DNA from: an uncultured Gammaproteobacteria bacterium | Lineage (GTDB): Bacteria > Patescibacteriota > Microgenomatia > UBA12405 | Direction of reading: 5' to 3' | Length of the DNA: 64,000 nt | Assembly (NCBI GenBank): GCA_964549165.1 | Contig: CAZJUH010000001.1 | Span: 863 to 64,862 of the forward strand | Shown here: piece by piece, positions 48,624-57,459 of the stretch | How the letters are laid out: each line of letters begins with the position of its first letter | Numbering within the stretch: the first letter of the stretch is position 1 | Notes under the pieces: model-generated | The model's database searches: none | The model's input: the letters and a program-made list of their open reading frames with translations, nothing else | Told to the model about the DNA's origin: nothing | Program-made: the position numbers and the translations under genes

Positions 48624-48980
48624 ATGAATTGTAATTGTAATTGTAACGGCAAATGTAAAATGTTGGGTGGCTTAGAACAAAAAGTTATGGAAGCTCTTTG
48701 GTCAAGTGATACCCCACTTAAACCTTCCGAGGTTTTAGTTAAAGTCAATGGTGATCACGCTTACACCACTATCATGACCGTTTTAAAAAGGATAACCGAT
48801 AAAAAAATTGTCAAAAGAGAATTAAAAAACCGAGTTTACTACTATCAGGCCACGGTCGACAAGTGTACTTTTGCCGCCGATTCTTTAGAAGATCTTTTTG
48901 AGCGTCTTTTTTCTTCTTATGGGGACCACACCGTCACCGCCTTCCAAAAAACCGCCAAAAAGCACGGCATTAAACTCTAA
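48624..48980 (+). CDS. BlaI/MecI/CopY-family repressor with N-terminal Cys cluster
   Basis: LE.KVMEALW, AYTTIMTVLKR...KK.V.R...RVYYY; MNCNCNCNGKC. Confidence 0.85.
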   Translation: MNCNCNCNGKCKMLGGLEQKVMEALWSSDTPLKPSEVLVKVNGDHAYTTIMTVLKRITDKKIVKRELKNRVYYYQATVDKCTFAADSLEDLFERLFSSYGDHTVTAFQKTAKKHGIKL

Positions 48981-49684
48981 TATTTTGGATATTTTTCCCC
49001 ACTCAAAGTTGTCTCCATAAATTTTTCCGGATCAAAATTAATTTCAAATACTTCTTTTAACACAATTTTAGCGATATAAGCATTTCCTAATTGGTTTGGA
49101 TGTCCCGGATCAGTTTCTCGTCCAATGTTTTTATATTCACTTGTTTTTAGCGTATATATCTTTTCCAAATCATACTTTTTATATTCTGAAAAAGCATCAT
49201 AAACTCTCTGATTTTCTTCCTTTTCTATCGACAATGTTGTTTTATTGTAATCTTCATATTTTGTATTTCTATCTTCTCTCATTTCCGTTAAACTGGTCAT
49301 CCAAAAAACTTCTATTCCTTTAAATTTACTCATCAGATTTTCAATATTACTTTTTGTTTCCTCAACTTTAATCCCTAATGTTGGGTCATTTCCACCCATG
49401 AGGCTAATAATTAAATCAGGTTTAATTTCCAAAATTTCATCTGTTTTTTTCAAAATATCTCTGGTTGTCGACCCATCAAATCCAAAATTAAAACATCTAA
49501 TTCCCCAGGAGGGAATTTTCCAATCTTCAAATTTATTTTCCAATTCTTGTTTTAATACATATTCCACAATTTCTCGCCAATTCGGGTGTATCCACTCACA
49601 ACTAGTTAAAGAATCTCCCACAAAAACAATATTAAATTTATTATCTTTGATTAATTTTTTCTTAACTTCTTTTAAATAACTCAT
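48977..49684 (-). CDS. SGNH/GDSL hydrolase
   Basis: VGDSLT, G.DG.T, GGND, D..HPN. Confidence 0.85.
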   Translation of the reverse strand: MSYLKEVKKKLIKDNKFNIVFVGDSLTSCEWIHPNWREIVEYVLKQELENKFEDWKIPSWGIRCFNFGFDGSTTRDILKKTDEILEIKPDLIISLMGGNDPTLGIKVEETKSNIENLMSKFKGIEVFWMTSLTEMREDRNTKYEDYNKTTLSIEKEENQRVYDAFSEYKKYDLEKIYTLKTSEYKNIGRETDPGHPNQLGNAYIAKIVLKEVFEINFDPEKFMETTLSGEKYPKY

Positions 49685-49726
49685 CACCAAATTTTACCAT
49701 TTATAAATATTGTAATATTATTAACT

Positions 49727-50086
49727 ATGAAAGATGACCAAAATTGGAAAATTGTTTATTATCACGACTCTCAAGGTCAAGAACCAGTCTATGAATTTAT
49801 CGAGTCATTGGATTCAAATGTTCAAGCCAAACTTTCCAATACTTTCGATCTATTGATCCAGTTCGGTATTAAACTCGGATTACCACACGTTAAAAAAGTA
49901 ACTAATACTGATCTTTGGGAATTAAGAATTTTGGGAGTTGATAATATTCGTATTTTTTATATTGCCTCAACTGGTCGTCAATTTTTATTACTTCACGGAT
50001 ATATTAAAAAATCTCAAAAGACAGATAAGAAAAATTTAAAGATAGCGATCTCTCGGCTAAAAGAATTCAAACAACATAGTTCTTGA
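49727..50086 (+). CDS. RelE/HigB (Gp49-like) toxin
   Basis: PV.EFI.SL, LGLPHVKK..DLWELR, LLHGYIKKSQKT. Confidence 0.85.
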   Translation: MKDDQNWKIVYYHDSQGQEPVYEFIESLDSNVQAKLSNTFDLLIQFGIKLGLPHVKKVTNTDLWELRILGVDNIRIFYIASTGRQFLLLHGYIKKSQKTDKKNLKIAISRLKEFKQHSS

Positions 50087-50087
50087 T

Positions 50088-50107
50088 ATATCACAAAATT
50101 GTGATAT
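50088..50107. promoter_or_regulatory. Palindromic operator in antitoxin promoter
   Basis: ATATCACAA-aa-TTGTGATAT overlapping TTGATA/TATTAT. Confidence 0.6.
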
Positions 50108-50117
50108 TATATAAAAC

Positions 50118-50387
50118 ATGGATTGGGAAACACATAAAAAACAATTATTAAAAAAAACTGAATTTAAAAAGGCCCTTAAAGATTCTGAATTAGAATTTCA
50201 GATTGCTAAATCAGTTATCGAGGCTAGGTTAAAAAAGGGTTTAACTCAAAAACAACTAGCTAAAAAGTTAAACACTAAACAATCGGTTATTTCTCGATTA
50301 GAAAACATTAAAACCACCCCCTCACTCTCTTTTCTTAAAAAATTAGCAGTTGCCACCGGTAGTAAACTAACCGTTACTTTTCAGTAA
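50118..50387 (+). CDS. HigA-like XRE HTH antitoxin
   Basis: GLTQKQLAKKLNTKQSVISRLE. Confidence 0.88.
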   Translation: MDWETHKKQLLKKTEFKKALKDSELEFQIAKSVIEARLKKGLTQKQLAKKLNTKQSVISRLENIKTTPSLSFLKKLAVATGSKLTVTFQ

Positions 50388-50405
50388 TTGACAATCACCA
50401 CTTCT

Positions 50406-50423
50406 ATACTACACTTGTAGTAT
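50406..50423. promoter_or_regulatory. cop box (CopY/BlaI-type operator)
   Basis: ATACTACA-ct-TGTAGTAT containing TACAnnTGTA, 4 nt before ATG, TTGACA at 50388. Confidence 0.8.
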
Positions 50424-50427
50424 TCAA

Positions 50428-51753
50428 ATGGCTAAAAAAACAAAATCCACCACTTATTCCGTTGCCGGCACTCATTGTCGTTCCTGTGAACTTTTAATTG
50501 AAAATGAAGTCAAAAAACTCTCCGGTGTCAAAAACGTCTCTGCATCTTCCACCGATGGTACCGTTAAAATCGAATATCAAAAATCCAAACCCGACCTAAA
50601 CACCCTTAATAAAATATTTAAAGAAAATAATTATGTATTTACAACAGAATTAAATCACCCCTCCTTGTCAAGGGAGGGGTTGGGGGTGGGTTTAGATAAA
50701 AAAGGGGGCTTATTTTTTTCTATTTTTATCGTTGCCCTCCTTTGTCTAATTTATTTTTTTCTCCTAAAATCCGATCTTTTACCAAAATTTAATGTTTCCG
50801 TCACTTCCTATCCACCGGCTTTTTTTATATTTGGTCTCCTTGCCGGTTTCTCCACTTGTGCTGCTTTGGTTGGTGGCTTAGTTTTATCTCTGTCTCAATC
50901 CTGGTCTCAATATAAATTAGTTCCCGTCATTTCTTTTAATTTAGGCCGTTTAATTATTTTTGCTATTTTAGGCGGTATTTTGGGATATTTTGGTAGTTTT
51001 TTTCGTCTCTCTATTACTTTAAATATCATCATTACAGTTCTAGTTTCTCTCTTGATGCTTATTTTGGGCCTTCAAATGTTAGGGATTAAGGCCTTTCAAA
51101 AATTTTCTTTGGCCCTTCCCAAATCTTTTACCAGTAAATTTTCTTCCGCTGATAAATTCCAAGGCAAATATTTACCTTTTATTTTAGGTGGTCTGACTTT
51201 TTTTCTACCCTGTGGTTTTACCCTAACTACTCAAAGTTTAGCTTTAGCTTCGGGATCTCCTGTAACCGGTGCTCTTATCATGGGCTTTTTTGCCCTTGGT
51301 ACTTTTATCCCTCTATTTTTAATTGGCTTAACTGGTACCAAAATTACCGGTAATAAAACTGTTTCCCAAATCGCCGGCCTTTTACTTTTAATTTTTGCTT
51401 TTTTTAATCTCAAAAGTCAATTTAATCTTTTAGATTTTAATCATTCTTTTTCAAATCAAAATATTTCTCAGTCTAGTGAAACCGTTATTTTAAAAATGTC
51501 TGCTTCCGCCACCGGCTACACCCCAAATAATTTTAAAGTTAAGGCTGGTCAAAAGGTCCGTTGGGAAATTACCGATACCGGCACTAGTGGTTGTACCAAT
51601 GGGGTTGTTGCTCGCTCTCTGTTCCAGGGAGTCATCAACTTAGTTCCTGGGACCACCTCCATCAAAGAATTTACTGCTCCCACCACCCCGGGCACCTATC
51701 GTTTTTCCTGTTGGATGGGTATGATTAGCGGCACTATCGAAGTGATAAACTAA
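50428..51753 (+). CDS. HMA + DsbD_2-type membrane + cupredoxin-domain protein
   Basis: GTHCRSC, STCAALVGG, FFLPCGFT, FSCWMGM. Confidence 0.88.
   Translation: MAKKTKSTTYSVAGTHCRSCELLIENEVKKLSGVKNVSASSTDGTVKIEYQKSKPDLNTLNKIFKENNYVFTTELNHPSLSREGLGVGLDKKGGLFFSIFIVALLCLIYFFLLKSDLLPKFNVSVTSYPPAFFIFGLLAGFSTCAALVGGLVLSLSQSWSQYKLVPVISFNLGRLIIFAILGGILGYFGSFFRLSITLNIIITVLVSLLMLILGLQMLGIKAFQKFSLALPKSFTSKFSSADKFQGKYLPFILGGLTFFLPCGFTLTTQSLALASGSPVTGALIMGFFALGTFIPLFLIGLTGTKITGNKTVSQIAGLLLLIFAFFNLKSQFNLLDFNHSFSNQNISQSSETVILKMSASATGYTPNNFKVKAGQKVRWEITDTGTSGCTNGVVARSLFQGVINLVPGTTSIKEFTAPTTPGTYRFSCWMGMISGTIEVIN
50658..50693. repeat. Hairpin element family B, in frame after HMA domain
   Basis: cccctccttgtcaagggaggggttgggggtgggttt; PSLSREGLGVG. 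Confidence 0.85.
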
Positions 51754-51791
51754 AATCTTGACACTTCGGGTTATATTCGGTAATATTTAGT

Positions 51792-52613
51792 ATGGAAAAT
51801 GACAAATTAGCTCTCTTTGAAGGCAAACAAGTTCGAAAAACTTTTTATAAAAATGATTGGTGGTTTTCTATCATTGATGTAATTTTTGTTTTAACCGATT
51901 CTGACCGACCCAGAAAATATTGGAGTGATTTAAAAACTAAAATTAATAATGAAGGTTATGGTCAGTTGTCCGAAAATATCGGACAACTGAAATTAATTGC
52001 CTCTGATGGAAAAAAATATCTTTCAGATTGTGCAAATACTCAAACTTTACTTCGTATTATCCAAACCATTCCTTCTCCTAAGGCCGAACCATTTAAACAA
52101 TGGCTGGCTCAAGTTGGCCACGAACGCATTCAAGAAATTGAAAATCCAGAATTGGCCATGGATCGAATGAAAGCTATTTATGAAAAGAAAGGCTACCCCT
52201 CTGAGTGGATTGATAAACGTGCCCGGGGTATTGCTGTCCGGCACACTTTAACCGATGAGTGGAAAAATAGGGGAGTCAAACGTGGCCTAGATTTTGCCAT
52301 TCTCACTAACGAAATTATGGAAAGTGGATTTGGATTAACAGTTTCAGAATATAAAAAATTAAAAGGTTTAAAACGCGAAAATTTACGTGACCATATGGAT
52401 GATATTGAATTAATTTTGACCATGCTTGGTGAGGCTTCAACCACCAAATTTACCCAAGACCGCGATACCAAAGATATCCCTAATCTCAAAATAGACGCCC
52501 AAGATGGTGGTCATGTTGTCAAAGTCGCCCGTAACGAAATTGAATCAAAATCGCCAAAACCAGTCATTTCCTCAAAAAATAATCTCAATATTACTCAAAA
52601 ACCTATTAAATAG
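51792..52613 (+). CDS. Bro-N domain protein
   Basis: LFEGKQVR..WWFSIIDV, IPSPKAEPFKQWLA, ENLRDHM. Confidence 0.85.
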   Translation: MENDKLALFEGKQVRKTFYKNDWWFSIIDVIFVLTDSDRPRKYWSDLKTKINNEGYGQLSENIGQLKLIASDGKKYLSDCANTQTLLRIIQTIPSPKAEPFKQWLAQVGHERIQEIENPELAMDRMKAIYEKKGYPSEWIDKRARGIAVRHTLTDEWKNRGVKRGLDFAILTNEIMESGFGLTVSEYKKLKGLKRENLRDHMDDIELILTMLGEASTTKFTQDRDTKDIPNLKIDAQDGGHVVKVARNEIESKSPKPVISSKNNLNITQKPIK

Positions 52614-52884
52614 TTCTGTTTTCTTTACGAACTTTTTCCGCTAACCACACCTTCATTAATGATTGATATGGTATGTCTCTTTTATTGGCTAACCTTTTTA
52701 AATCTGATAATAGAGACAATGGTAATCGTAAAGTAATTGGTTTTGAGGTTGGTTTCAGTTCTGAAAAATCAAATTCAACTTTATTTGACATATCAAAATA
52801 TTCAGTTGTATCGTGGGTTGACCAAAACTCGCGTTCTTGATCTTCATTTTTAAATTTTGGTATTGGTTTAATTTTGTTTTTCAT
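52606..52884 (-). CDS. BrnA/CopG-type antitoxin (orphan)
   Basis: IPKFKNEDQEREFWSTHD, ITLRLP...IPYQSLMK.WL. Confidence 0.8.
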   Translation of the reverse strand: MKNKIKPIPKFKNEDQEREFWSTHDTTEYFDMSNKVEFDFSELKPTSKPITLRLPLSLLSDLKRLANKRDIPYQSLMKVWLAEKVRKENRTI

Positions 52885-52913
52885 TATCAATTATATCTTG
52901 ATAAACTAGTTTT

Positions 52914-53519
52914 ATGATTAAAGCGGTAACTTTTGACCTTGATGGTGTTTATTTTACCCAGGATTCTATCGACGCTTTTATTAAAAATTTTCCCAAAAAA
53001 ATCACTGACCCGGAACGTATGCTTTATGTTCTTGCCAAATCCGACGAGATGGCCAAGTTTAAAAAGGGGACTCTGACAGAGGTCGATTATTGGTCCTATG
53101 TCCAAAAAGAATTTAGTATCGAAATTTCTTTAGATGAAATCACTCAATTATTTATGGATTCCTATAAAGTAGACCCCAATGTTGTTGAAGTAGTCAAAAA
53201 AGTCCGTAAATTAGGTATAAAAACCTGTATTTGCACCAATAATTATTCCACCCGTATCAATGCTTTAAATAAAAAATTTAATTTTTTAAACGATTTTGAT
53301 GTCCAAGTTTTTTCCTATCAAGTTGCTGCCATGAAACCGGATCTAAAAATTTTTCAATCCTTAATTGAAAAGTCTGAATGTCAACCAAATGAAATTGTTT
53401 TTGCCGATGATAAACAATCCAATGTCGACGCCGCTCTTTCCCTTGGCATCAATGCTTTTCTTTATAATGGTTTTGAAGATTTCCTTTCTCATTTAAAACA
53501 GCAGGGTATTGCATTCTGA
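52914..53519 (+). CDS. HAD-family phosphatase
   Basis: FDLDGV, TNN, KPD..IF, FADD...NV. Confidence 0.9.
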   Translation: MIKAVTFDLDGVYFTQDSIDAFIKNFPKKITDPERMLYVLAKSDEMAKFKKGTLTEVDYWSYVQKEFSIEISLDEITQLFMDSYKVDPNVVEVVKKVRKLGIKTCICTNNYSTRINALNKKFNFLNDFDVQVFSYQVAAMKPDLKIFQSLIEKSECQPNEIVFADDKQSNVDAALSLGINAFLYNGFEDFLSHLKQQGIAF

Positions 53520-53528
53520 ATACCACTC

Positions 53529-53544
53529 TACTACACTTGTAGTA
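53529..53544. promoter_or_regulatory. cop box overlapping copA promoter and start codon
   Basis: TACTACA-ct-TGTAGTA identical to 50407-50422; TTGCAT-17-TACACT. Confidence 0.8.
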
Positions 53545-55676
53545 TGTCATCTCAAAGCAAGGTGGAAACTCTGAATATTGCCGGCATGCATTGCGCTTCC
53601 TGCGCCCTGCTTATCAAAAAATCTCTGGAATCTGTCAAAGGTGTCGAAACTGCCTCGGTTAACTATGCTTCCCAAAAAGCCGTTATTAAATATGATTCAA
53701 ATCAAACTGATATCCGAGATCTGACATCTGCAATCACCAAAAGTGGCTACCGGGTTGTTGCTCAAAAGGTCGATGAAGCCGCCGAAAGCCGCATTTATCG
53801 CACCCGCTTTTTTCTTTCTTTATTCCTAACTCTCCCTCTGTTCCTTTTTATGTTTTTTCCTTTTCCTCTCGAATCTAGAATCTCGTTTCTAGTCTCTCTT
53901 TTCTTAACTACTCTCAACGTTTTCATTATTGGTCGCAATTTTTATCTTGGTTTTTGGGCGGCCTTGAAACTAAAAACCTCAACTATGGATTCTCTTATCG
54001 CCATTGGCACTTTTTCTGCCTATCTTTTTAGTCTCGTAACTCACACCCACCATTATTTTGAAGTCGCTGCTTCCCTCGTCACTTTTGTGACCTTAGGTAA
54101 ATGGCTCGAGTCCCTGGCGAAGGCCAAAACTTCAGCCGCTCTCAGTAAATTAGTCGACTTATCTCCAAAATTCGCTCATTTAAAAAATGGTAAAGAGTTT
54201 AAGGATATTCCCGTAAATACGGTAAAAATAAACGATATTCTTTTAGTAAAATCCGGTGAAATTATTCCTCTGGATGCTACTGTTGTCACCGGTTCTTCTT
54301 CAGTCGATCAATCCTCATTAACCGGTGAAAGTATCCCTGTCGATTTAGTTGCTGGCGACAAAGTTTTTGCCGGCACTCAAAATTTAACTGGTGTTTTAGA
54401 AATAAAAGTAACTTTTGATTCAAACAATTCTCTGCTATCTAGAATTATCAAAATGGTTGACGAGGCTCAAAGTACTCGGGCTCCCATTCAAAATTTCGCC
54501 GACAAAATTTCTTCCATTTTTGTTCCTACTGTTTTAATAATTGCCACCATAACTTTTATTTTTTGGTTTTTTATTCTTCGTTCGACTTTAGAATTTAGTC
54601 TCTTGACCTTTATTTCGGTCATTGTCATTGCCTGTCCCTGTGCTCTGGGTCTCGCCACTCCCACCGCCGTCATGGTGGCTACTGGACTTGCCGCCAAGTT
54701 CGGAATACTAATCAAGGGCGGGGAAGCTCTTCAAAATGCGGTTGATATCAATGCCATTGCCTTTGACAAAACTGGCACCCTCACCACTGGCACTCCAGTT
54801 GTAACTGGCTTTAAAAATATCAGCCAAATTTCTGACTCAAAAATATTAGAAATAGCCCATGCTCTTGAAATAAATTCAACCCATCCTTTGGCAAAGGCAA
54901 TTATCAATTTTTGTAAATCAAAAGGGATTGAAGATTGTAGTCTGAAGATTGAAAATTTCAAAACTCTTCCGGGCTTTGGTCTTAGTGGTGAAATTGGTAA
55001 AGATAAATATTTTCTAGGCAAAACTAAATCTTCCCAAATCGAACTCACCAAAAATAATAAATCTTTGGCGACTTTTATTATCAAGGACACGGTTAAACCA
55101 GAATCAATTTTGGCCATTAAAAAACTGCAACAAAATAATTATCACGTTTATTTAGTTTCTGGTGATAGTCGTGCCAATTCTATCGCTATTGCCTCTGAGT
55201 TATCTATTCCTTCTGATCATGTTTTTGCTGATGTTTTACCCGATCAAAAGGCCGAAATTATTAAAAATCTGCAAAATTCCGTCATTGCGAGCGAAGCGAA
55301 GCAATCTTTACATATCGCCTTTGTTGGCGATGGTATCAACGACTCTGTTGCTCTGACTCAATCAGATCTGGGTATTGTCATGGGTTCTGGTTCTGATATT
55401 GCCATCGAGTCGGGCAATGTCGTTATTATGAACAACAATCTCCAAAGCCTTATTACTCTTTTTGATATTTCCAAAACTTCTCTCAAAAAGATAAAGCAAA
55501 ATCTTTTCTATGCCCTCATTTATAATCTCATTGGCATTCCCATCGCCGCCGGTCTTTTAAATCCTCTTGGCGTCACCCTCCGTCCTGAGTTTGCCGCTCT
55601 GGCCATGTCATTGTCTAGTGTCAGTGTGGTTTTAAATTCTTTATCTCTTAATCGTTACCGCTTTAAGGTAAAATAA
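53544..55676 (+). CDS. copA: Copper-translocating P1B-type ATPase
   Basis: GMHCASC, TGES, CPCALG, DKTGT, HP, GDGIND, YN and MSLSS. Confidence 0.93.
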   Translation: MSSQSKVETLNIAGMHCASCALLIKKSLESVKGVETASVNYASQKAVIKYDSNQTDIRDLTSAITKSGYRVVAQKVDEAAESRIYRTRFFLSLFLTLPLFLFMFFPFPLESRISFLVSLFLTTLNVFIIGRNFYLGFWAALKLKTSTMDSLIAIGTFSAYLFSLVTHTHHYFEVAASLVTFVTLGKWLESLAKAKTSAALSKLVDLSPKFAHLKNGKEFKDIPVNTVKINDILLVKSGEIIPLDATVVTGSSSVDQSSLTGESIPVDLVAGDKVFAGTQNLTGVLEIKVTFDSNNSLLSRIIKMVDEAQSTRAPIQNFADKISSIFVPTVLIIATITFIFWFFILRSTLEFSLLTFISVIVIACPCALGLATPTAVMVATGLAAKFGILIKGGEALQNAVDINAIAFDKTGTLTTGTPVVTGFKNISQISDSKILEIAHALEINSTHPLAKAIINFCKSKGIEDCSLKIENFKTLPGFGLSGEIGKDKYFLGKTKSSQIELTKNNKSLATFIIKDTVKPESILAIKKLQQNNYHVYLVSGDSRANSIAIASELSIPSDHVFADVLPDQKAEIIKNLQNSVIASEAKQSLHIAFVGDGINDSVALTQSDLGIVMGSGSDIAIESGNVVIMNNNLQSLITLFDISKTSLKKIKQNLFYALIYNLIGIPIAAGLLNPLGVTLRPEFAALAMSLSSVSVVLNSLSLNRYRFKVK
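55280..55307. repeat. Mini hairpin element family D, in frame in copA
   Basis: gtcattgcgagcgaagcgaagcaatct; VIASEAKQS shortly before AFVGDGIND. Confidence 0.75.
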
Positions 55677-55680
55677 CTCT

Positions 55681-56184
55681 ATGCTTTCTTTTATTCTTTG
55701 CCTCGCTGTAGCCTTTAGCGTCAGCGGGTTTATCGCCTCTACAGCCTATGCTCAGTGTCCCATCTGTATTGTTACTGTTGGTGGAGGGATGCTGATTGCC
55801 AAAAAACTTGGTATCGATGATTTTTTAGTTTCTATTTGGATTTCTGCCTTAAATACGGCCATTGCTTTTTGGTTGGCCCCAAAAATAAAAATTAAATTGC
55901 TTAATAATGGACACATCCTTGCTCTTCTGTTGCTCGCCACCACCCTTTTGTATTTTCAATTTACCGATCAAATTGGCTCGGCCACCAATCGACTCTTAGG
56001 TCTCGACAAAATTGTTTTTGGCCAGATTGTTGGTCTAATTGCCATGACTCTCGGTAGCCACTTATATTTATTTTTGAAAAAACGCAACGGTGGTAAAACT
56101 ATTTTCCCCTATGCTCGGGTTGTTTTCCCCGTTTCTCTAGTTCTTTTGGCCACCTTGATCTTTAAACTCATTTTTAAATTATAA
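55681..56184 (+). CDS. Membrane protein with CPIC motif
   Basis: AYAQCPICIV followed by about 4 TMs; directly after copA. Confidence 0.7.
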   Translation: MLSFILCLAVAFSVSGFIASTAYAQCPICIVTVGGGMLIAKKLGIDDFLVSIWISALNTAIAFWLAPKIKIKLLNNGHILALLLLATTLLYFQFTDQIGSATNRLLGLDKIVFGQIVGLIAMTLGSHLYLFLKKRNGGKTIFPYARVVFPVSLVLLATLIFKLIFKL

Positions 56185-56223
56185 AATCTTTCCTAAGCCG
56201 AGAGGGATTTAGTACAATATAGT

Positions 56224-56757
56224 ATGACCAACAATCTTGACCTAGAAAAATTCATGGATAAAATCAAAAAAGCTGAAGCTGGAAATAAGCTTGATCTCTC
56301 TTCTGATGAAGACCTGTCTATCGCCATCATGAATTTGATCAGTATCGAAGAGCATCTATTTTTTACGGCAAATAAAACCGGCAAAACCAAATATTTTGAT
56401 CTTCTTAATGAAACCAGGGAAATGCGCAAGGAACTGCTTAAACTCATTGTCAAAAATCCAGAAGGGGAGATTTGGTGTACCAGTAAACATCTTCTAGCCG
56501 CCTCAATGCGTCTTTTTGAAGTCGGTACCAAGGCTCAGACCAAGGGTGATCAAAAAAGTGCTTTCAGCTTCTTTGAAAAATCCTACCATCTCTACAATTT
56601 ATTCTGGGGAATTAATCTTGGTTTGGTTGATAATATAGGGGCTCAATTTATTGAGCCCAAGAAAAACAAAGACACCCCCCTCTCCTACAAAAAATCAGAT
56701 TTTCTTGGTAAGGTCAGTGGTGTTATCGGCAAAATCCTCGACTGTTGCCGCGAGTAA
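56224..56757 (+). CDS. Hypothetical protein with EEH, WC.SKH and C-terminal DCCRE motifs
   Basis: Potential metal ligands; co-oriented with copA. Confidence 0.7.
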   Translation: MTNNLDLEKFMDKIKKAEAGNKLDLSSDEDLSIAIMNLISIEEHLFFTANKTGKTKYFDLLNETREMRKELLKLIVKNPEGEIWCTSKHLLAASMRLFEVGTKAQTKGDQKSAFSFFEKSYHLYNLFWGINLGLVDNIGAQFIEPKKNKDTPLSYKKSDFLGKVSGVIGKILDCCRE

Positions 56758-56758
56758 T

Positions 56759-57409
56759 TTACTCGTACCCCAATAGTTTTTTCAGTTCTTTTATCTCCAT
56801 TACCACAATCTGTCTCTTGTCATTATCAATCACCTTATTCTTTTCTAGTTTTAGCATTTGGAGTGTCACCGTTTCTCTGGTCAGTCCGGTCAGAGTGGCA
56901 ATTTGTTTGTGAGTAATTTTTACTTTTATACTTACTTCTTTTCCCCTGCTTACCCCATATTCTCTGGCCATTGAGTAAATTAATCCCGCCACCTTTAGAT
57001 AAGCATTTCCGGAAATAAGCTGCGATACATAAGTAGTCAAATCCAAAAATTTTTCCATAACCAGATTGTTTAATTCACTTTCTAGTTTTGGATTTTCTTT
57101 TAAAAATTTTTCAAATTCTTCTGCTGGTGCCATCCAGGCTTCAACTGGTGTCATTGTTTCCACAAAATGACGACTTTTAAGCCCTGTTTTGGCGCCGATT
57201 AGGGACAAATAAAACCAGGGGTTAAAAACTTGGATTCCACTTTCTTTTTCTTCAGCTCTGACATCGTAGACTCGCAGATACCCACTCTTGACATAATAAA
57301 CGCCCTTAAAATTTTCATTGCTTTCCACTACTATTTGCCCTTTTTTATATTTTTTTAGGGGATATTTAGTAAAAAATTCAACGAGCTTTTTCTTTGTTTC
57401 TTCTTTCAT
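56759..57409 (-). CDS. Crp/Fnr-family transcriptional regulator
   Basis: VYYVKSG cNMP-domain motif; ITHKQIATLTGLTRETVT HTH. Confidence 0.9.
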   Translation of the reverse strand: MKEETKKKLVEFFTKYPLKKYKKGQIVVESNENFKGVYYVKSGYLRVYDVRAEEKESGIQVFNPWFYLSLIGAKTGLKSRHFVETMTPVEAWMAPAEEFEKFLKENPKLESELNNLVMEKFLDLTTYVSQLISGNAYLKVAGLIYSMAREYGVSRGKEVSIKVKITHKQIATLTGLTRETVTLQMLKLEKNKVIDNDKRQIVVMEIKELKKLLGYE

Positions 57410-57440
57410 ATGTTTAATGGCAGTACTACTTAACTAGTAC

Positions 57441-57450
57441 TACATCTGTA
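57441..57450. promoter_or_regulatory. Possible third cop box upstream of Crp/Fnr gene
   Basis: TACATCTGTA preceded by TAC as in the other boxes. Confidence 0.45.
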
Positions 57451-57459
57451 ACAATTCTA

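Noticed and set aside
50088-50107. TGTGA/TCACA as a CRP site for the Crp/Fnr protein
   Set aside because: Half-sites are in the reverse order and spacing; better explained as the antitoxin operator
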